64,000 bases of DNA from Rhizomicrobium sp. (GCA_035504555.1 DATJRP010000067.1:53551-117550), one strand, 5' to 3'. Positions 39,231-50,505 are shown, numbered from the stretch's first letter. Numbers and translations are program-made. Notes: generated by a model not told the origin, from the letters alone.

Positions 39231-40034
39231 ATGGAATACCGATCGCTCCTGATCGAAGAAGAGAACGGCGTCGTCTGGGCGACAATGAACCGGGCGGAAC
39301 GGCTGAACGCGCTGAGCCGCGGCCTGGTCGAAGAATTGCGGGACTTCTTCGTGGGCCTTTATTGGCGGCACGACGTGCGCGTCGTCGCCCTCAAGGGTGC
39401 AGGCGACAATTTCTGCGCCGGTCTCGATCTCAAGGAAGCGCGCGAGCCGAATGCGCCGCACGACGTTGCTGCCGGTCTCGTTTCGCAGCGCAGGATCAGC
39501 GAGATCGTCATCGCCATGCGCCGCTGTCCGCAACCGATCGTGGCCCTCGTCAACGGCGCCGCCAGCGGCGGCGGATTTGCGCTGGCGTTGGCCTCCGACA
39601 TCCGCATCGCCACACCCACGATGCGCATGAATGCAGCCTTCATCCGGATCGGCCTTTCGGCCTGCGATATCGGAGTGAGCTACTTCCTGCCGCGCATGGT
39701 GGGTTCGTCCGTCGCCGCCGAATATATGCTGACGGGCCGCTTCATCGACGCGCAGCGCGCTTATGGTCTCGGGCTCGTCAGCAAAATCGTCGAACCGGCG
39801 CAACTCGACGGCGAGGCGCGTGCGTTCATCACCGACATGCTGGCGACGACGCCTTTGGGCCTGCGCCTGACCAAGGAAGCGCTCAACGTAGCGATTGACG
39901 CGGGCGGCCTCGAAGCCGTCATCGCCATGGAAGACCGCAATCAGATCCTGGCGAGCCAGAGCGGTGATTTTACCGAGGGTGTCGCAGCCTTCCTGCAGAA
40001 ACGCAAACCCAACTACGCCAAGCCGCGTTCATAG
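39231..40034 (+). CDS. enoyl-CoA hydratase/isomerase (crotonase) family protein, MenB/BadI-like loop
   Basis: 267 aa from the ATG at 39231 (GGAGGA 8 nt upstream). Motifs: 'VWATMNRAERLNAL', 'GAGDNFCAGLD' and 'GLSACDIGVSYFLPR'. Confidence 0.85.
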   Translation: MEYRSLLIEEENGVVWATMNRAERLNALSRGLVEELRDFFVGLYWRHDVRVVALKGAGDNFCAGLDLKEAREPNAPHDVAAGLVSQRRISEIVIAMRRCPQPIVALVNGAASGGGFALALASDIRIATPTMRMNAAFIRIGLSACDIGVSYFLPRMVGSSVAAEYMLTGRFIDAQRAYGLGLVSKIVEPAQLDGEARAFITDMLATTPLGLRLTKEALNVAIDAGGLEAVIAMEDRNQILASQSGDFTEGVAAFLQKRKPNYAKPRS

Positions 40035-40037
40035 GGG

Positions 40038-40424
40038 TTAGGGTGCAAAGCTCGAACGGATTTTCACGCCCCAGTGTCCGTTGTCGCGCGTGACGACGTA
40101 GATCGAATCGAAGCGGCCGATCAGGCTTCCGTCGGCACGATAGCGCGCGAAGCACGTGTCGATGTGGACCTTGTCTTCGCCGGCGTGGATTACATCGCGG
40201 CGCTCCCAGGCGGAGTGGTGCCATTCTTTCAATGCGCCGCGTGTGAACGTATCGGGTGGATGCCAGCCCGGCTTGTCGATGATCACGAGCGTGTTCGAGG
40301 CGAGACGCACACTCGGGAAATGGAACGTCTTTTCCCAGGCGACGAGATCGCGCGCGTTGAACGCCGTTATGAAGTCGTCGAGGCATTTCATCGCCGCGGC
40401 GGCGGATTCGGGGTGGTCGGTCAT
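40038..40424 (-). CDS. SnoaL-like / NTF2-fold protein
   Basis: 128 aa. 'CLDDFITAFNARDLVAWEKTFHFPSVRL' and the overall size fit NTF2-like cone proteins. The family call is moderate. Confidence 0.6.
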   Translation of the reverse strand: MTDHPESAAAAMKCLDDFITAFNARDLVAWEKTFHFPSVRLASNTLVIIDKPGWHPPDTFTRGALKEWHHSAWERRDVIHAGEDKVHIDTCFARYRADGSLIGRFDSIYVVTRDNGHWGVKIRSSFAP

Positions 40425-40619
40425 GAGGTCATCCTAGTTCCAAAACCGCTCAAAGGCACGCAGGCCGCCTATTTCCTGCTGGTCGCAGGCGCGCTGTTCG
40501 CAGGCGTCGCCGGTATCTTCTTCCACGCCGACGCCGACGATCTCATTCTGCTGTCCGTCGCCACCTCGAACCTCGCCAAATATGGCATCGACGTCGCGTA
40601 TTTCCGGTTCGCGGCCTGA
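40413..40619 (+). CDS. candidate small membrane protein coupled to the XRE regulator
   Basis: Frame with high third-position GC and one TM helix ('AAYFLLVAGALFAGVAGIFF'). It stops 2 nt before the XRE ATG. The only canonical start is the GTG at 40413, which overlaps the divergent gene's start. Confidence 0.3.
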   Translation: MVGHEVILVPKPLKGTQAAYFLLVAGALFAGVAGIFFHADADDLILLSVATSNLAKYGIDVAYFRFAA

Positions 40620-40621
40620 TC

Positions 40622-40825
40622 ATGGCCGCACTCGCCAACACTATCCGCCGCTTGCGGTTCGATCGCGGCGAGATGACCCCGGCGGAGCTGGCGGCGAAAG
40701 TCTGCGTCACCCGCCAGACCAACAACGCCATCGAGCAGAACAAATACGCGCCATCGCTCGACACGGCGTTCCGCACTGCAGAAGCGCTGGGCGTGCCGAT
40801 CGGGGACGCGTTTTCGTGCCGCTGA
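40622..40825 (+). CDS. short XRE/Cro-family HTH regulator (YozG-like)
   Basis: 67 aa. 'MTPAELAAKVCVTRQTNNAIEQNKYAPSLDTAFRTAEALG' is a classic HTH_3 domain. Confidence 0.8.
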   Translation: MAALANTIRRLRFDRGEMTPAELAAKVCVTRQTNNAIEQNKYAPSLDTAFRTAEALGVPIGDAFSCR

Positions 40826-40833
40826 AAAGCGAA

Positions 40834-40856
40834 AGGGCGAGCGCAAGGCTCGCCCT
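40834..40856. terminator. bidirectional hairpin between the XRE gene and clpA
   Basis: AGGGCGAGC-GCAAG-GCTCGCCCT perfect 9-bp stem between two convergent genes, with A/T-containing flanks on both sides. Confidence 0.6.
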
Positions 40857-40876
40857 CCCCGGAAATGTTTCGATTT

Positions 40877-43201
<2,325 letters not shown>

Positions 43202-43208
43202 CGAGGCC

Positions 43209-43562
43209 CTACTCCTTCTCCATGGTACACTGTAGAGGATGTTGATGTCGGCGGGCGAATTCAATCACCTGCGCCACTTTTGTTTCCGCCACTTCATAGG
43301 TGAAGATTCCGCAGATACCCACACCGTGCCGGTGGACTTGCAGCATGATCTGCACGGCCTCGTCGCGGCCTTTGTTGAAGAATCGCTCGAGGATGTGCAC
43401 GACGAATTCCATCGGCGTGTAATCGTCGTTCAGCAAAAGAACCTTGTACAGGCTCGGCTTCTTCGTCTTCGGCCGCGTTTTCGTGACCACGCCAGTGCCG
43501 ACGCCATTGCCGACGCCGTTGTCCTGGCCCGATTGGCCGCGATCGCCGTTTTTGTCCGTCAT
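43209..43562 (-). CDS. clpS: ATP-dependent Clp protease adaptor ClpS
   Basis: 117 aa with '[24 protein letters not shown]'. Lies 7 nt upstream of clpA. Confidence 0.92.
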   Translation of the reverse strand: MTDKNGDRGQSGQDNGVGNGVGTGVVTKTRPKTKKPSLYKVLLLNDDYTPMEFVVHILERFFNKGRDEAVQIMLQVHRHGVGICGIFTYEVAETKVAQVIEFARRHQHPLQCTMEKE

Positions 43563-43730
43563 CGCCGTTCGTTCGAGCGGGCGATAATACGTTACGCCGC
43601 GCTTCCCCTAGCTTAACGGCAAGTCAGGCCGGTTTGGCAAATCGCATGAAAATAAAAGGTTGATGCGGGTGCGCCCGGCGCGCGGCTTTGCCGCAACCGT
43701 GTCAGCAACAAAATTGATTCGCGAGCCGCC

Positions 43731-43769
43731 GAAAGCGAAAGAGCCCGAGCGCGTGGCGCTCCGGGCTCT
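43731..43769 (-). terminator. rho-independent terminator of the phasin gene
   Basis: On the minus strand, AGAGCCCGGAGCG-CCAC-GCGCTCGGGCTCT (12 bp with one bulge) is followed by TTTCGCTTTC. Confidence 0.55.
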
Positions 43770-43835
43770 CTCTGAAATCGTTCCGCGTTGGGGGGAGGAG
43801 CCGCGGAACGGTTCGTTCTGTGTGACGCGAGGCGA

Positions 43836-44297
43836 TCAGGCCGCGCGGGAGCTCTGGACGACTTCGACCCAGGCCTGGATACGGCCCTGGAGAGGTTCGA
43901 AGGCCTCTTTCGCCGTCGCCGACATGATTTCACCCAGCTTCGTCACCTGACTGACATAGGCGTCGAACGCCGACTTGGCGAAGTCCGTCTGCAGCTCGAG
44001 CGCCTCGTGCGCCGACTTGGAGCCGAGCAGCGCCTTCGTGGCGGCGATGGAATCCTCAACGGACTGCTTCGAATAAGCATAGAGTTCGTTGTGGAGCGTC
44101 TCGACGCCCTTGCCGGCCGCATTGGCGGCCTTCATGTAGGCTTCGACGGAGTCCTTGCCGTAGCCTAGAAACTGGTCGTAGTTCTTCACGGCCTTGTCAA
44201 AGCCGGTCTTGAAAGCTTCCGAACCGTTCTTGATAGCCGTTTCGATGGTTTCCGTGCCGTTGATCTTCTCGCCGGCCGCTTTTGTTTTCGTTGCCAT
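43836..44297 (-). CDS. phasin family protein (PHA granule-associated)
   Basis: 153 aa, Ala/Lys/Glu-rich and helical. 'AFKTGFDKAVKNYDQFLGYGKDSVEAYMKAANAAGKGVE' resembles alphaproteobacterial phasins. Confidence 0.85.
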   Translation of the reverse strand: MATKTKAAGEKINGTETIETAIKNGSEAFKTGFDKAVKNYDQFLGYGKDSVEAYMKAANAAGKGVETLHNELYAYSKQSVEDSIAATKALLGSKSAHEALELQTDFAKSAFDAYVSQVTKLGEIMSATAKEAFEPLQGRIQAWVEVVQSSRAA

Positions 44298-44357
44298 GAT
44301 CTTGACCTCGTCCTTCTGAGTTCAGTGGGGGAACCGACTGTTGGGGCCAACGGCCCT

Positions 44358-44370
44358 GTTGCAGTGCAAC
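44358..44370. promoter_or_regulatory. palindrome GTTGCAGTGCAAC, PhaR-box-like (TGC-N3-GCA)
   Basis: Perfect 6-N-6 palindrome about 60 nt upstream of the phasin ATG. It shares the 12-mer TGCAGTGCAACA with 53317..53328. Confidence 0.45.
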
Positions 44371-44412
44371 ATACGCTATATGCGACGCAGCGTAAGGCTT
44401 GTCAAGGGACTT

Positions 44413-44427
44413 TTGCTGCAGTGCATC
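44413..44427. promoter_or_regulatory. second TGCAGTGCA motif upstream of the phasin gene
   Basis: 'TTGCTGCAGTGCATC' contains CTGC-N3-GCAT, about 120 nt upstream of the phasin ATG. Confidence 0.4.
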
Positions 44428-44603
44428 ATTAACCTTTGATTCACCTTTTGCAGGGAATTGTCCCCGGCGAACAACCCCAGGTTCAACCGCTTTACTTTTC
44501 CTAAACATCGGGATTTTAAGCTGGATTTCGATTTTTCCTTGCGCGTTGGGGAACAATTTGGTCTGATCCGTGGCTTACGGGTTGACCGCGTCTGGAGTTT
44601 GGT

Positions 44604-46256
44604 ATGTCGGAGCGAGAGCCTCCTCAGAAGGGCGCTGCAACCCTGCGGGCATATGGAGCCCTGCTGGTACCCGTGTTAGCGGCCGTGATGGCCTTTGCGA
44701 CGACGCCTGCGTCTGCGTCGATCCGGCATCACCATAGTCGGGCCGTGGCTATCCCCGCCGGCGCGACGGATCCCGATAAGGATGCGGCGCTGGTGCTCGA
44801 CGGCGCGACCGGGAAGGTTCTCTATTCGCGCAATGCCGACGCAACGCGTCATCCCGCTTCGCTCACGAAGATGATGACGCTCTACCTGCTGTTCGAGCAG
44901 CTGAAGAACGGCCAGATGACCTTGGCGACGCCGCTGCCGGTTTCGGATCACGCGGCGAGTCAGCACCGCACCAAGCTCTATCTGCGTCCGGGCTCGACCA
45001 TTCCCGTCGAGTCCGCGATTCGCGCGATCGTGGTATGCTCCGCGAACGACGTCGCGGTCGCCATCGCCGAAGCGATCGGTGGAACGGAAGATCATTTCGC
45101 CCAGATGATGACCGAGAAGGCGCGTCAGCTCGGCATGACGCATACCTTCTACCACAACGCGTCGGGCCTGCCGGATGATCTGCAGGTGACGACGGCGAAC
45201 GATCTTTCCATTCTCGCGCGCCATCTCGCGTATGACTTCCCGCAGTATTTTCCCTATTTCTCGACGCGGACATTCACTTGGCACGGCGAGACGCATCAAT
45301 CGACAGACCATCTGCTCGGCGTCTACGAAGGTGCGGACGGCATCAAGACGGGTTACACCGGAGCGTCCGGCTTCAATCTCGTCTCCTCCGTCGTGCGCGG
45401 CGGCGCCCATGTGATTGCGGTCGTCATGGGCGGGCGCACGGCGCGCCGCAGAGACGCCGAGATGATTCACTTGCTCGACGCGACGTTCGCGCGGATCAAC
45501 CAGAACCCGATGCTCGTCGCCCGCGCCAATGTGCCGTGGCAGAACGTGGCGCAGGACACCCAAGCGAGCCCGGTCATCGCCGGCTTCCAGATCGCGGCCG
45601 CCGGCGTCATGCCGCATGCGCAGGACCAGGATCCGAACCTTTCGCACGCGGTCGCCAGCAGCGACCCCGACGACGAATACGCCGCGGAATCCCGCGTCGA
45701 TCCCGACGAGTTGCCGATCATGCCGGAGCCGGCTCCGCAAGCGCACGCGCCCGCACCGCCGCCGCCTGCGGCTGCGACGCGCACCGCCATGCTGGCGCCG
45801 CCGCCCGTGCGCGTGATCCCGGTCCGGGGCAGAGAGCAGACGGTGAAGGCACCCGATTCCATGGTGCCGCAACCCATGCCGCGGCCGCAGATGCCGGTGA
45901 CGCTGGCTGCGTATCATCCGCAGGCGATGTTGAACGCCGCCGCGCCGAAAGTGCGCCCCATCGCGACCGTCCCGTTGCTCGCCGCGCAATCGCCGCTGAG
46001 CGCCCACAACTGGACGATCCAGATCGGCGCCTTCGGCGACGAGACTTCCGCCAAGGCTGAGCTTTCCGCCTATGCCGAACGCTCGATGGACGTGCTGGGC
46101 CAGGCCTCGCGCATCGTCATCCCCTTCCAGAGCGTTGATGGCCACACGCTTTATCGCGCACGCTTTGGTCCTTTCGAAGAGCGCGAGGCGCGTGAAGTCT
46201 GCGAACGCCTGACCGAACGCGGCCAGACCTGCTTCGCAGCGGTTGCGTCGCGCTAA
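44604..46256 (+). CDS. D-alanyl-D-alanine carboxypeptidase (S11 PBP5/6 family) with Pro-rich linker and C-terminal SPOR domain
   Basis: 550 aa with a signal peptide and the SxxK 'SLTK', SxN 'SAN' and KTG 'KTG' motifs. The C-terminal 'WTIQIGAFGDETSAKAEL...YRARFGPF' is a SPOR domain. Confidence 0.88.
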   Translation: MSEREPPQKGAATLRAYGALLVPVLAAVMAFATTPASASIRHHHSRAVAIPAGATDPDKDAALVLDGATGKVLYSRNADATRHPASLTKMMTLYLLFEQLKNGQMTLATPLPVSDHAASQHRTKLYLRPGSTIPVESAIRAIVVCSANDVAVAIAEAIGGTEDHFAQMMTEKARQLGMTHTFYHNASGLPDDLQVTTANDLSILARHLAYDFPQYFPYFSTRTFTWHGETHQSTDHLLGVYEGADGIKTGYTGASGFNLVSSVVRGGAHVIAVVMGGRTARRRDAEMIHLLDATFARINQNPMLVARANVPWQNVAQDTQASPVIAGFQIAAAGVMPHAQDQDPNLSHAVASSDPDDEYAAESRVDPDELPIMPEPAPQAHAPAPPPPAAATRTAMLAPPPVRVIPVRGREQTVKAPDSMVPQPMPRPQMPVTLAAYHPQAMLNAAAPKVRPIATVPLLAAQSPLSAHNWTIQIGAFGDETSAKAELSAYAERSMDVLGQASRIVIPFQSVDGHTLYRARFGPFEEREAREVCERLTERGQTCFAAVASR

Positions 46257-46287
46257 GTAAGAATCGCGACATCCATCTTTTTTGTCA

Positions 46288-46324
46288 TTACCCGGGGCCG
46301 CGCTTTTGCGCGGTATCCGGGTAA
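46288..46324. repeat. nested palindromic element TTACCCGG-GG-CCGCGC-TTTT-GCGCGG-TAT-CCGGGTAA
   Basis: Two concentric perfect stems (8 bp outer, 6 bp inner) in the dacC-SPOR / mipZ convergent gap. Confidence 0.5.
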
Positions 46325-46402
46325 CCCAACTACATGGTGCAACGAAAATTGGGTCGCCCGGACGCGCTGTCCGCGGCCATGCATGACGTGATCGGGTAGA
46401 AG

Positions 46403-47236
46403 TCACACAGCCGCTGCGCTGTCCGGGATGCCCGGCAATTTCAGCGTGCGCAGGAGCAGCCGCACTTCCTGGCGTGCCGCCACGTGGGACATCGAAAAGC
46501 CGGTGCCCAGTCCCGGCTGCGGCAGGTCGAGCATCGTCAGTCCCATGGGAAACAATTCGCGGAAGATCACGCGCTCGCCGAAACCGGGCGCCACGCGGAA
46601 ACCGATGCGTTGCGAAAGCGTGTCGAGCGCCTTCGACAGCCGCCGCTTGTTGCGCGCCTCCGTCGCCGAGATGCGGTTGCGCATCACCACCCAGTCGAGC
46701 GCGGGCTGCTTCGCCATCAGCCGTTTCTTGCGGCATTCCCAGACGAAATCGCTGTAAAGGCTCGGCGCCTTGATCTCGAACGTCTGCGGGTCGATGCGCG
46801 CGAGGAGATCGAAATCGACGAAGCTGTCGTTCATCGGCGTGACGAGCGTGTTCGCGGCCGCATGCGCCTGACGCGACAGGAGCGTGTCGCTGCCCGGCGT
46901 ATCGATGACGATGAAGTCGAATTCTTTTTCCTTCTCAGCAAGCAACTCGGAGAAATTCTTGGCGTCTTCCGCCGCAGCCTCGTCGAGCGATTTCGCCTTC
47001 GAGCTCGCGAAAGCGAGCATCACAGGCATGGCGAGTTTCGAATGTCCGCGTGCGCCCCAGTCGGCCCGGTTTTCCAGATGACGCTCGAAACTGCGCTGTC
47101 TTGTATCGAGATCGATCGCCCCCACGCGTCTGTCGAGCCGCGCCAGCGCCACGGCGAGATGAACGGCTGTCGTCGTCTTGCCCGACCCGCCCTTCTCGTT
47201 GCCGATGACGACGATGTGGGCGCGCCCGCCGCTCAT
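46403..47236 (-). CDS. mipZ: division-plane positioning ATPase MipZ (ParA-like)
   Basis: 277 aa. Deviant Walker A 'GNEKGGSGKTT' followed by 'AIDLDTRQRSF', as in MipZ. Confidence 0.88.
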   Translation of the reverse strand: MSGGRAHIVVIGNEKGGSGKTTTAVHLAVALARLDRRVGAIDLDTRQRSFERHLENRADWGARGHSKLAMPVMLAFASSKAKSLDEAAAEDAKNFSELLAEKEKEFDFIVIDTPGSDTLLSRQAHAAANTLVTPMNDSFVDFDLLARIDPQTFEIKAPSLYSDFVWECRKKRLMAKQPALDWVVMRNRISATEARNKRRLSKALDTLSQRIGFRVAPGFGERVIFRELFPMGLTMLDLPQPGLGTGFSMSHVAARQEVRLLLRTLKLPGIPDSAAAV

Positions 47237-47265
47237 ACACCCGTTCCCCTTTTACGGGTGAACAA

Positions 47266-50200
47266 TCAATCCCGCTCGCTTGAAAGCAATGCGGCATTGC
47301 CGCCCGCTGCCGTTGTATTCACCGTATAGGCGCGCTCGAGCGCGAAACGCTGGAGATAGTTGGGCCCGCCGGCCTTTGGTCCGGTACCCGACAATCCTTC
47401 GCCGCCGAAAGGCTGCACGCCGACGACGGCGCCGATCTGGTTGCGGTTGACGTACATATTGCCGACGTGCATGCGGTCGCGCACATAATGCATCGTCTCT
47501 TCGATGCGCGTGTGCAGGCCGAGGGTCAGGCCATACCCCGTCGCGTTGATCGCGTCGCAGACTTCGCCCAGACGATCCGAAGAATAGCGCACGACATGCA
47601 GCACCGGCCCGAAGACTTCGCGCTTCACGGATGCAATCGACGGAATCTCGAACACATGCGGCGCGAAGAAGAAGCCGTTCCTGTGCTCGGGTCCGAGCTC
47701 GAGTTTGCGCAGGAGTTTCGCATCCCGCATCATGCGCTCGGCGTGCCGTTCCAGCATCTTGCGCGCGTCGTCGTCGATGACAGGGCCGATATCGGTTTCT
47801 AGCTTCATGGGATCGCCGAGCCTCAGCTCGTCCATCGCGCCCAGGATCAGATCGAGCATCTTGTCGGCGACGTCGTCCTGCAAATAGAGCACGCGCAGCG
47901 CCGAGCAGCGTTGCCCGGCGCTGTCGAAGGCCGACGCAATCACGTCGCGCGTCACCTGTTCGGGCAGCGCCGTCGAATCCACGATCATGGCGTTCTGGCC
48001 GCCGGTTTCGGCAATCAGCGCCGCGATCGGGCCTTCGCGGCCGGCGAGCGCGCGATTGATGGCATTGGCCGCTTCCGTCGAACCGGTGAACGCCACGCCC
48101 GCAACGCGCGGATCGGCGAACAGCGCATTGCCGATCCTGGGGCCGTCACCCGGCAGAAGGTGCAATGCATCGACGGGAACGCCGGCCTGATGCAGCAGCT
48201 TCACGGCGGCCGCGGCGATCAGCGGTGTCTGTTCGGCCGGCTTGGCGAGCACCGCGTTGCCGGCGGCGAGCGCCCCCGCCACCTGCCCCGTGAAGATCGC
48301 CAGGGGGAAATTCCACGGCGAGATGCAGGCGAAGACGCCGCGCCCGTGCAGCGTCAGCGCGTTCGTTTCGCCCGTGGGTCCTGGGAGCATCGTCGGACCG
48401 TTGAACAAGGCGCGCGCGCGGCCGGCGTAATAGCGCAGGAAATCGACCGCTTCGCGCACTTCGCCCAGCGCATTCGGCAAGGTTTTGCCGGCTTCCCGCA
48501 CGGCAAGCGCCATCAGGCTCGCGCTGTTCGCCTCGTAGAGATCGGCCGCGCGTTCGAGGATATTGGCCCGCGCGTCGCCGCCAAGCTTGTCCCATGCGAT
48601 GTAAGCGCCATGCGCCAGCGCAAGCGCATCCGTCGCATCGGCGGCACTCGCTTCGAGGACGTCGCCGATGACACGCGTGAGTTCCGCGGGATCGCGCATG
48701 GCCTGCGCGTCGCCGTGCCTGACCTCCCCGCCGATCAGCGGCGCCGCATGGGATGCCGTCTTCAGGAACGCATCCATCTCGGCCTGGATCGGCGCGGTCG
48801 CCACCGGATCCGCCCACACGAAGCCCTGCGAGTTCTTGCGATCCGGCAAAAGATTCTCGGGCTTCGGGATATGCGCGCTCCTGTGCGGCACGTGCTTCAT
48901 CACCTGCTCCACCGGATCGGCGATGATTTCGGAGATCGGCGCTTCCTCGTCGGCCAGACGGTTGACGAACGACGTGTTGGCGCCGTTCTCGAGCAGCCGG
49001 CGCACAAGATAGGCGAGCAGATCCTCATGCGTGCCGACGGGCGCGTAGATGCGCGTGCCCGGTCCCATGTGTCCCGCCTTCTTCACATTGCGATAGAGTT
49101 CGTAGAGCGCCTCGCCCATGCCGTGTAGCCGCTGGTATTCGAAATCCTTGCGGCCACCCGCGAAGACTTGCACCGCCGACAGCGTATGCGCATTGTGTGT
49201 GGCGAATTGCGGGTAGATCGTTTCCTCCGCCAGGAGCGCACGCGCGCAGGCGAGATAAGACGTATCCGTCGCTGCCTTGCGCGTGAACACGGGATAGTCC
49301 TTGAGCCCCTGCTCCTGCCCCCGCTTGATCTCCGTATCCCAATAGGCGCCTTTGACGAGGCGCACCGGAATGCGCCGCTGCTGGCGGCGGCCAAGTTCGC
49401 CAATCCAGGCGATGACGGGAAAGGCGCGCTTCGAATAGGCTTGTAGCGCCAGGCCCAATCCCTCCCACCGCCACAGCGGCTGCGCCTCGCCCATGGCCGC
49501 GAAAATATCGAGCATGATATCGAGCCGCTCGGACTCTTCGGCGTCGATGGTGAATCCGACATTGTGCCGGCGCGCCTCGCCCGCGAGCGCCACCAGCCTC
49601 GGCAGGAGTTCGTCGAAAACGCGCTCGCGCTTCGCCCATTCGTAGCGGGGATGCAGCGCCGACAATTTCACCGAAATGCTCGGCCGCTCGAAGGCGGGCG
49701 TGAACTGGTCCGGCTGCGCCGCCGCGATGGCGGACAGGGCGTGGCTGTAGGAGGCGTAGTAGCGCTCGGCGTCTTTCTGCGTGTAGGCCGCCTCGCCCAG
49801 CATGTCGAAGGAAAAGCGATAGCCGTCCACCATGGCCTCGCGGGACTCTTTCAACGCTTCCTCGATGGTGCGGCCAAGGACGAACTGCTTGCCGAGGATG
49901 CGCATCGCCATCGTCACGGCCTGGCGGACGACCGGCTCGCTCGTGCGCGTGACGAGCTTCTTCCAGATGCCTTCGAAATCCCACTTCGCCGTTTCGTCGA
50001 GCTTGACCACGCGACCCGTCAGCATGAGCGCGAAAGTGGAGGCATTGACGAATACGGAGTCCGACTTGTTCAGATGCTTCGACCAGTCGCCGCTGCCGAT
50101 CTTGTCGCGGATGAGCTTGTCCGCCGTCGCGGCATCGGGCACGCGGAGGAGCGACTCCGCGAGACACATGAGGACGACGCCCTCCTCGCTCGACAGCGCA

Positions 50201-50505
50201 TATTCCTGCGTAAAGGCGTCGACGCCGCTGCGGGTCTCGCGCGAGGCACGGATCCGCGTGACGAGTTCGCTTGCAAGCGCTTCGGTCGCGGCGCGTTCCG
50301 CTGGTGAAAGCCGCGCTTTAGGGATCAATGCGTCGACGACGGCGTCTTCATCGGCGAGCCAGGCATCGGAGACGACGCGGCGGAGATCGGCAAGGGTCAT
50401 GAGGGCCTGCTGAGAGGAATCGTGCGGTGCGGGTTCCAGTGCATTTCGACGAGCGTTTTCCCTTCGGGAAAGCGCTGCGGGGTGCCTTATCTCCATTGAA
50501 ACCAC
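47266..50505 (-). CDS. putA: bifunctional proline dehydrogenase / L-glutamate gamma-semialdehyde dehydrogenase PutA
   Basis: About 1040-1079 aa; the start is uncertain, with an alternative ATG at 50400. Has a PRODH barrel region and an ALDH domain with the catalytic Cys in 'GQRCSA'. I see no obvious N-terminal RHH DNA-binding domain. Confidence 0.93.
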   Translation of the reverse strand: MVSMEIRHPAALSRRENARRNALEPAPHDSSQQALMTLADLRRVVSDAWLADEDAVVDALIPKARLSPAERAATEALASELVTRIRASRETRSGVDAFTQEYALSSEEGVVLMCLAESLLRVPDAATADKLIRDKIGSGDWSKHLNKSDSVFVNASTFALMLTGRVVKLDETAKWDFEGIWKKLVTRTSEPVVRQAVTMAMRILGKQFVLGRTIEEALKESREAMVDGYRFSFDMLGEAAYTQKDAERYYASYSHALSAIAAAQPDQFTPAFERPSISVKLSALHPRYEWAKRERVFDELLPRLVALAGEARRHNVGFTIDAEESERLDIMLDIFAAMGEAQPLWRWEGLGLALQAYSKRAFPVIAWIGELGRRQQRRIPVRLVKGAYWDTEIKRGQEQGLKDYPVFTRKAATDTSYLACARALLAEETIYPQFATHNAHTLSAVQVFAGGRKDFEYQRLHGMGEALYELYRNVKKAGHMGPGTRIYAPVGTHEDLLAYLVRRLLENGANTSFVNRLADEEAPISEIIADPVEQVMKHVPHRSAHIPKPENLLPDRKNSQGFVWADPVATAPIQAEMDAFLKTASHAAPLIGGEVRHGDAQAMRDPAELTRVIGDVLEASAADATDALALAHGAYIAWDKLGGDARANILERAADLYEANSASLMALAVREAGKTLPNALGEVREAVDFLRYYAGRARALFNGPTMLPGPTGETNALTLHGRGVFACISPWNFPLAIFTGQVAGALAAGNAVLAKPAEQTPLIAAAAVKLLHQAGVPVDALHLLPGDGPRIGNALFADPRVAGVAFTGSTEAANAINRALAGREGPIAALIAETGGQNAMIVDSTALPEQVTRDVIASAFDSAGQRCSALRVLYLQDDVADKMLDLILGAMDELRLGDPMKLETDIGPVIDDDARKMLERHAERMMRDAKLLRKLELGPEHRNGFFFAPHVFEIPSIASVKREVFGPVLHVVRYSSDRLGEVCDAINATGYGLTLGLHTRIEETMHYVRDRMHVGNMYVNRNQIGAVVGVQPFGGEGLSGTGPKAGGPNYLQRFALERAYTVNTTAAGGNAALLSSERD

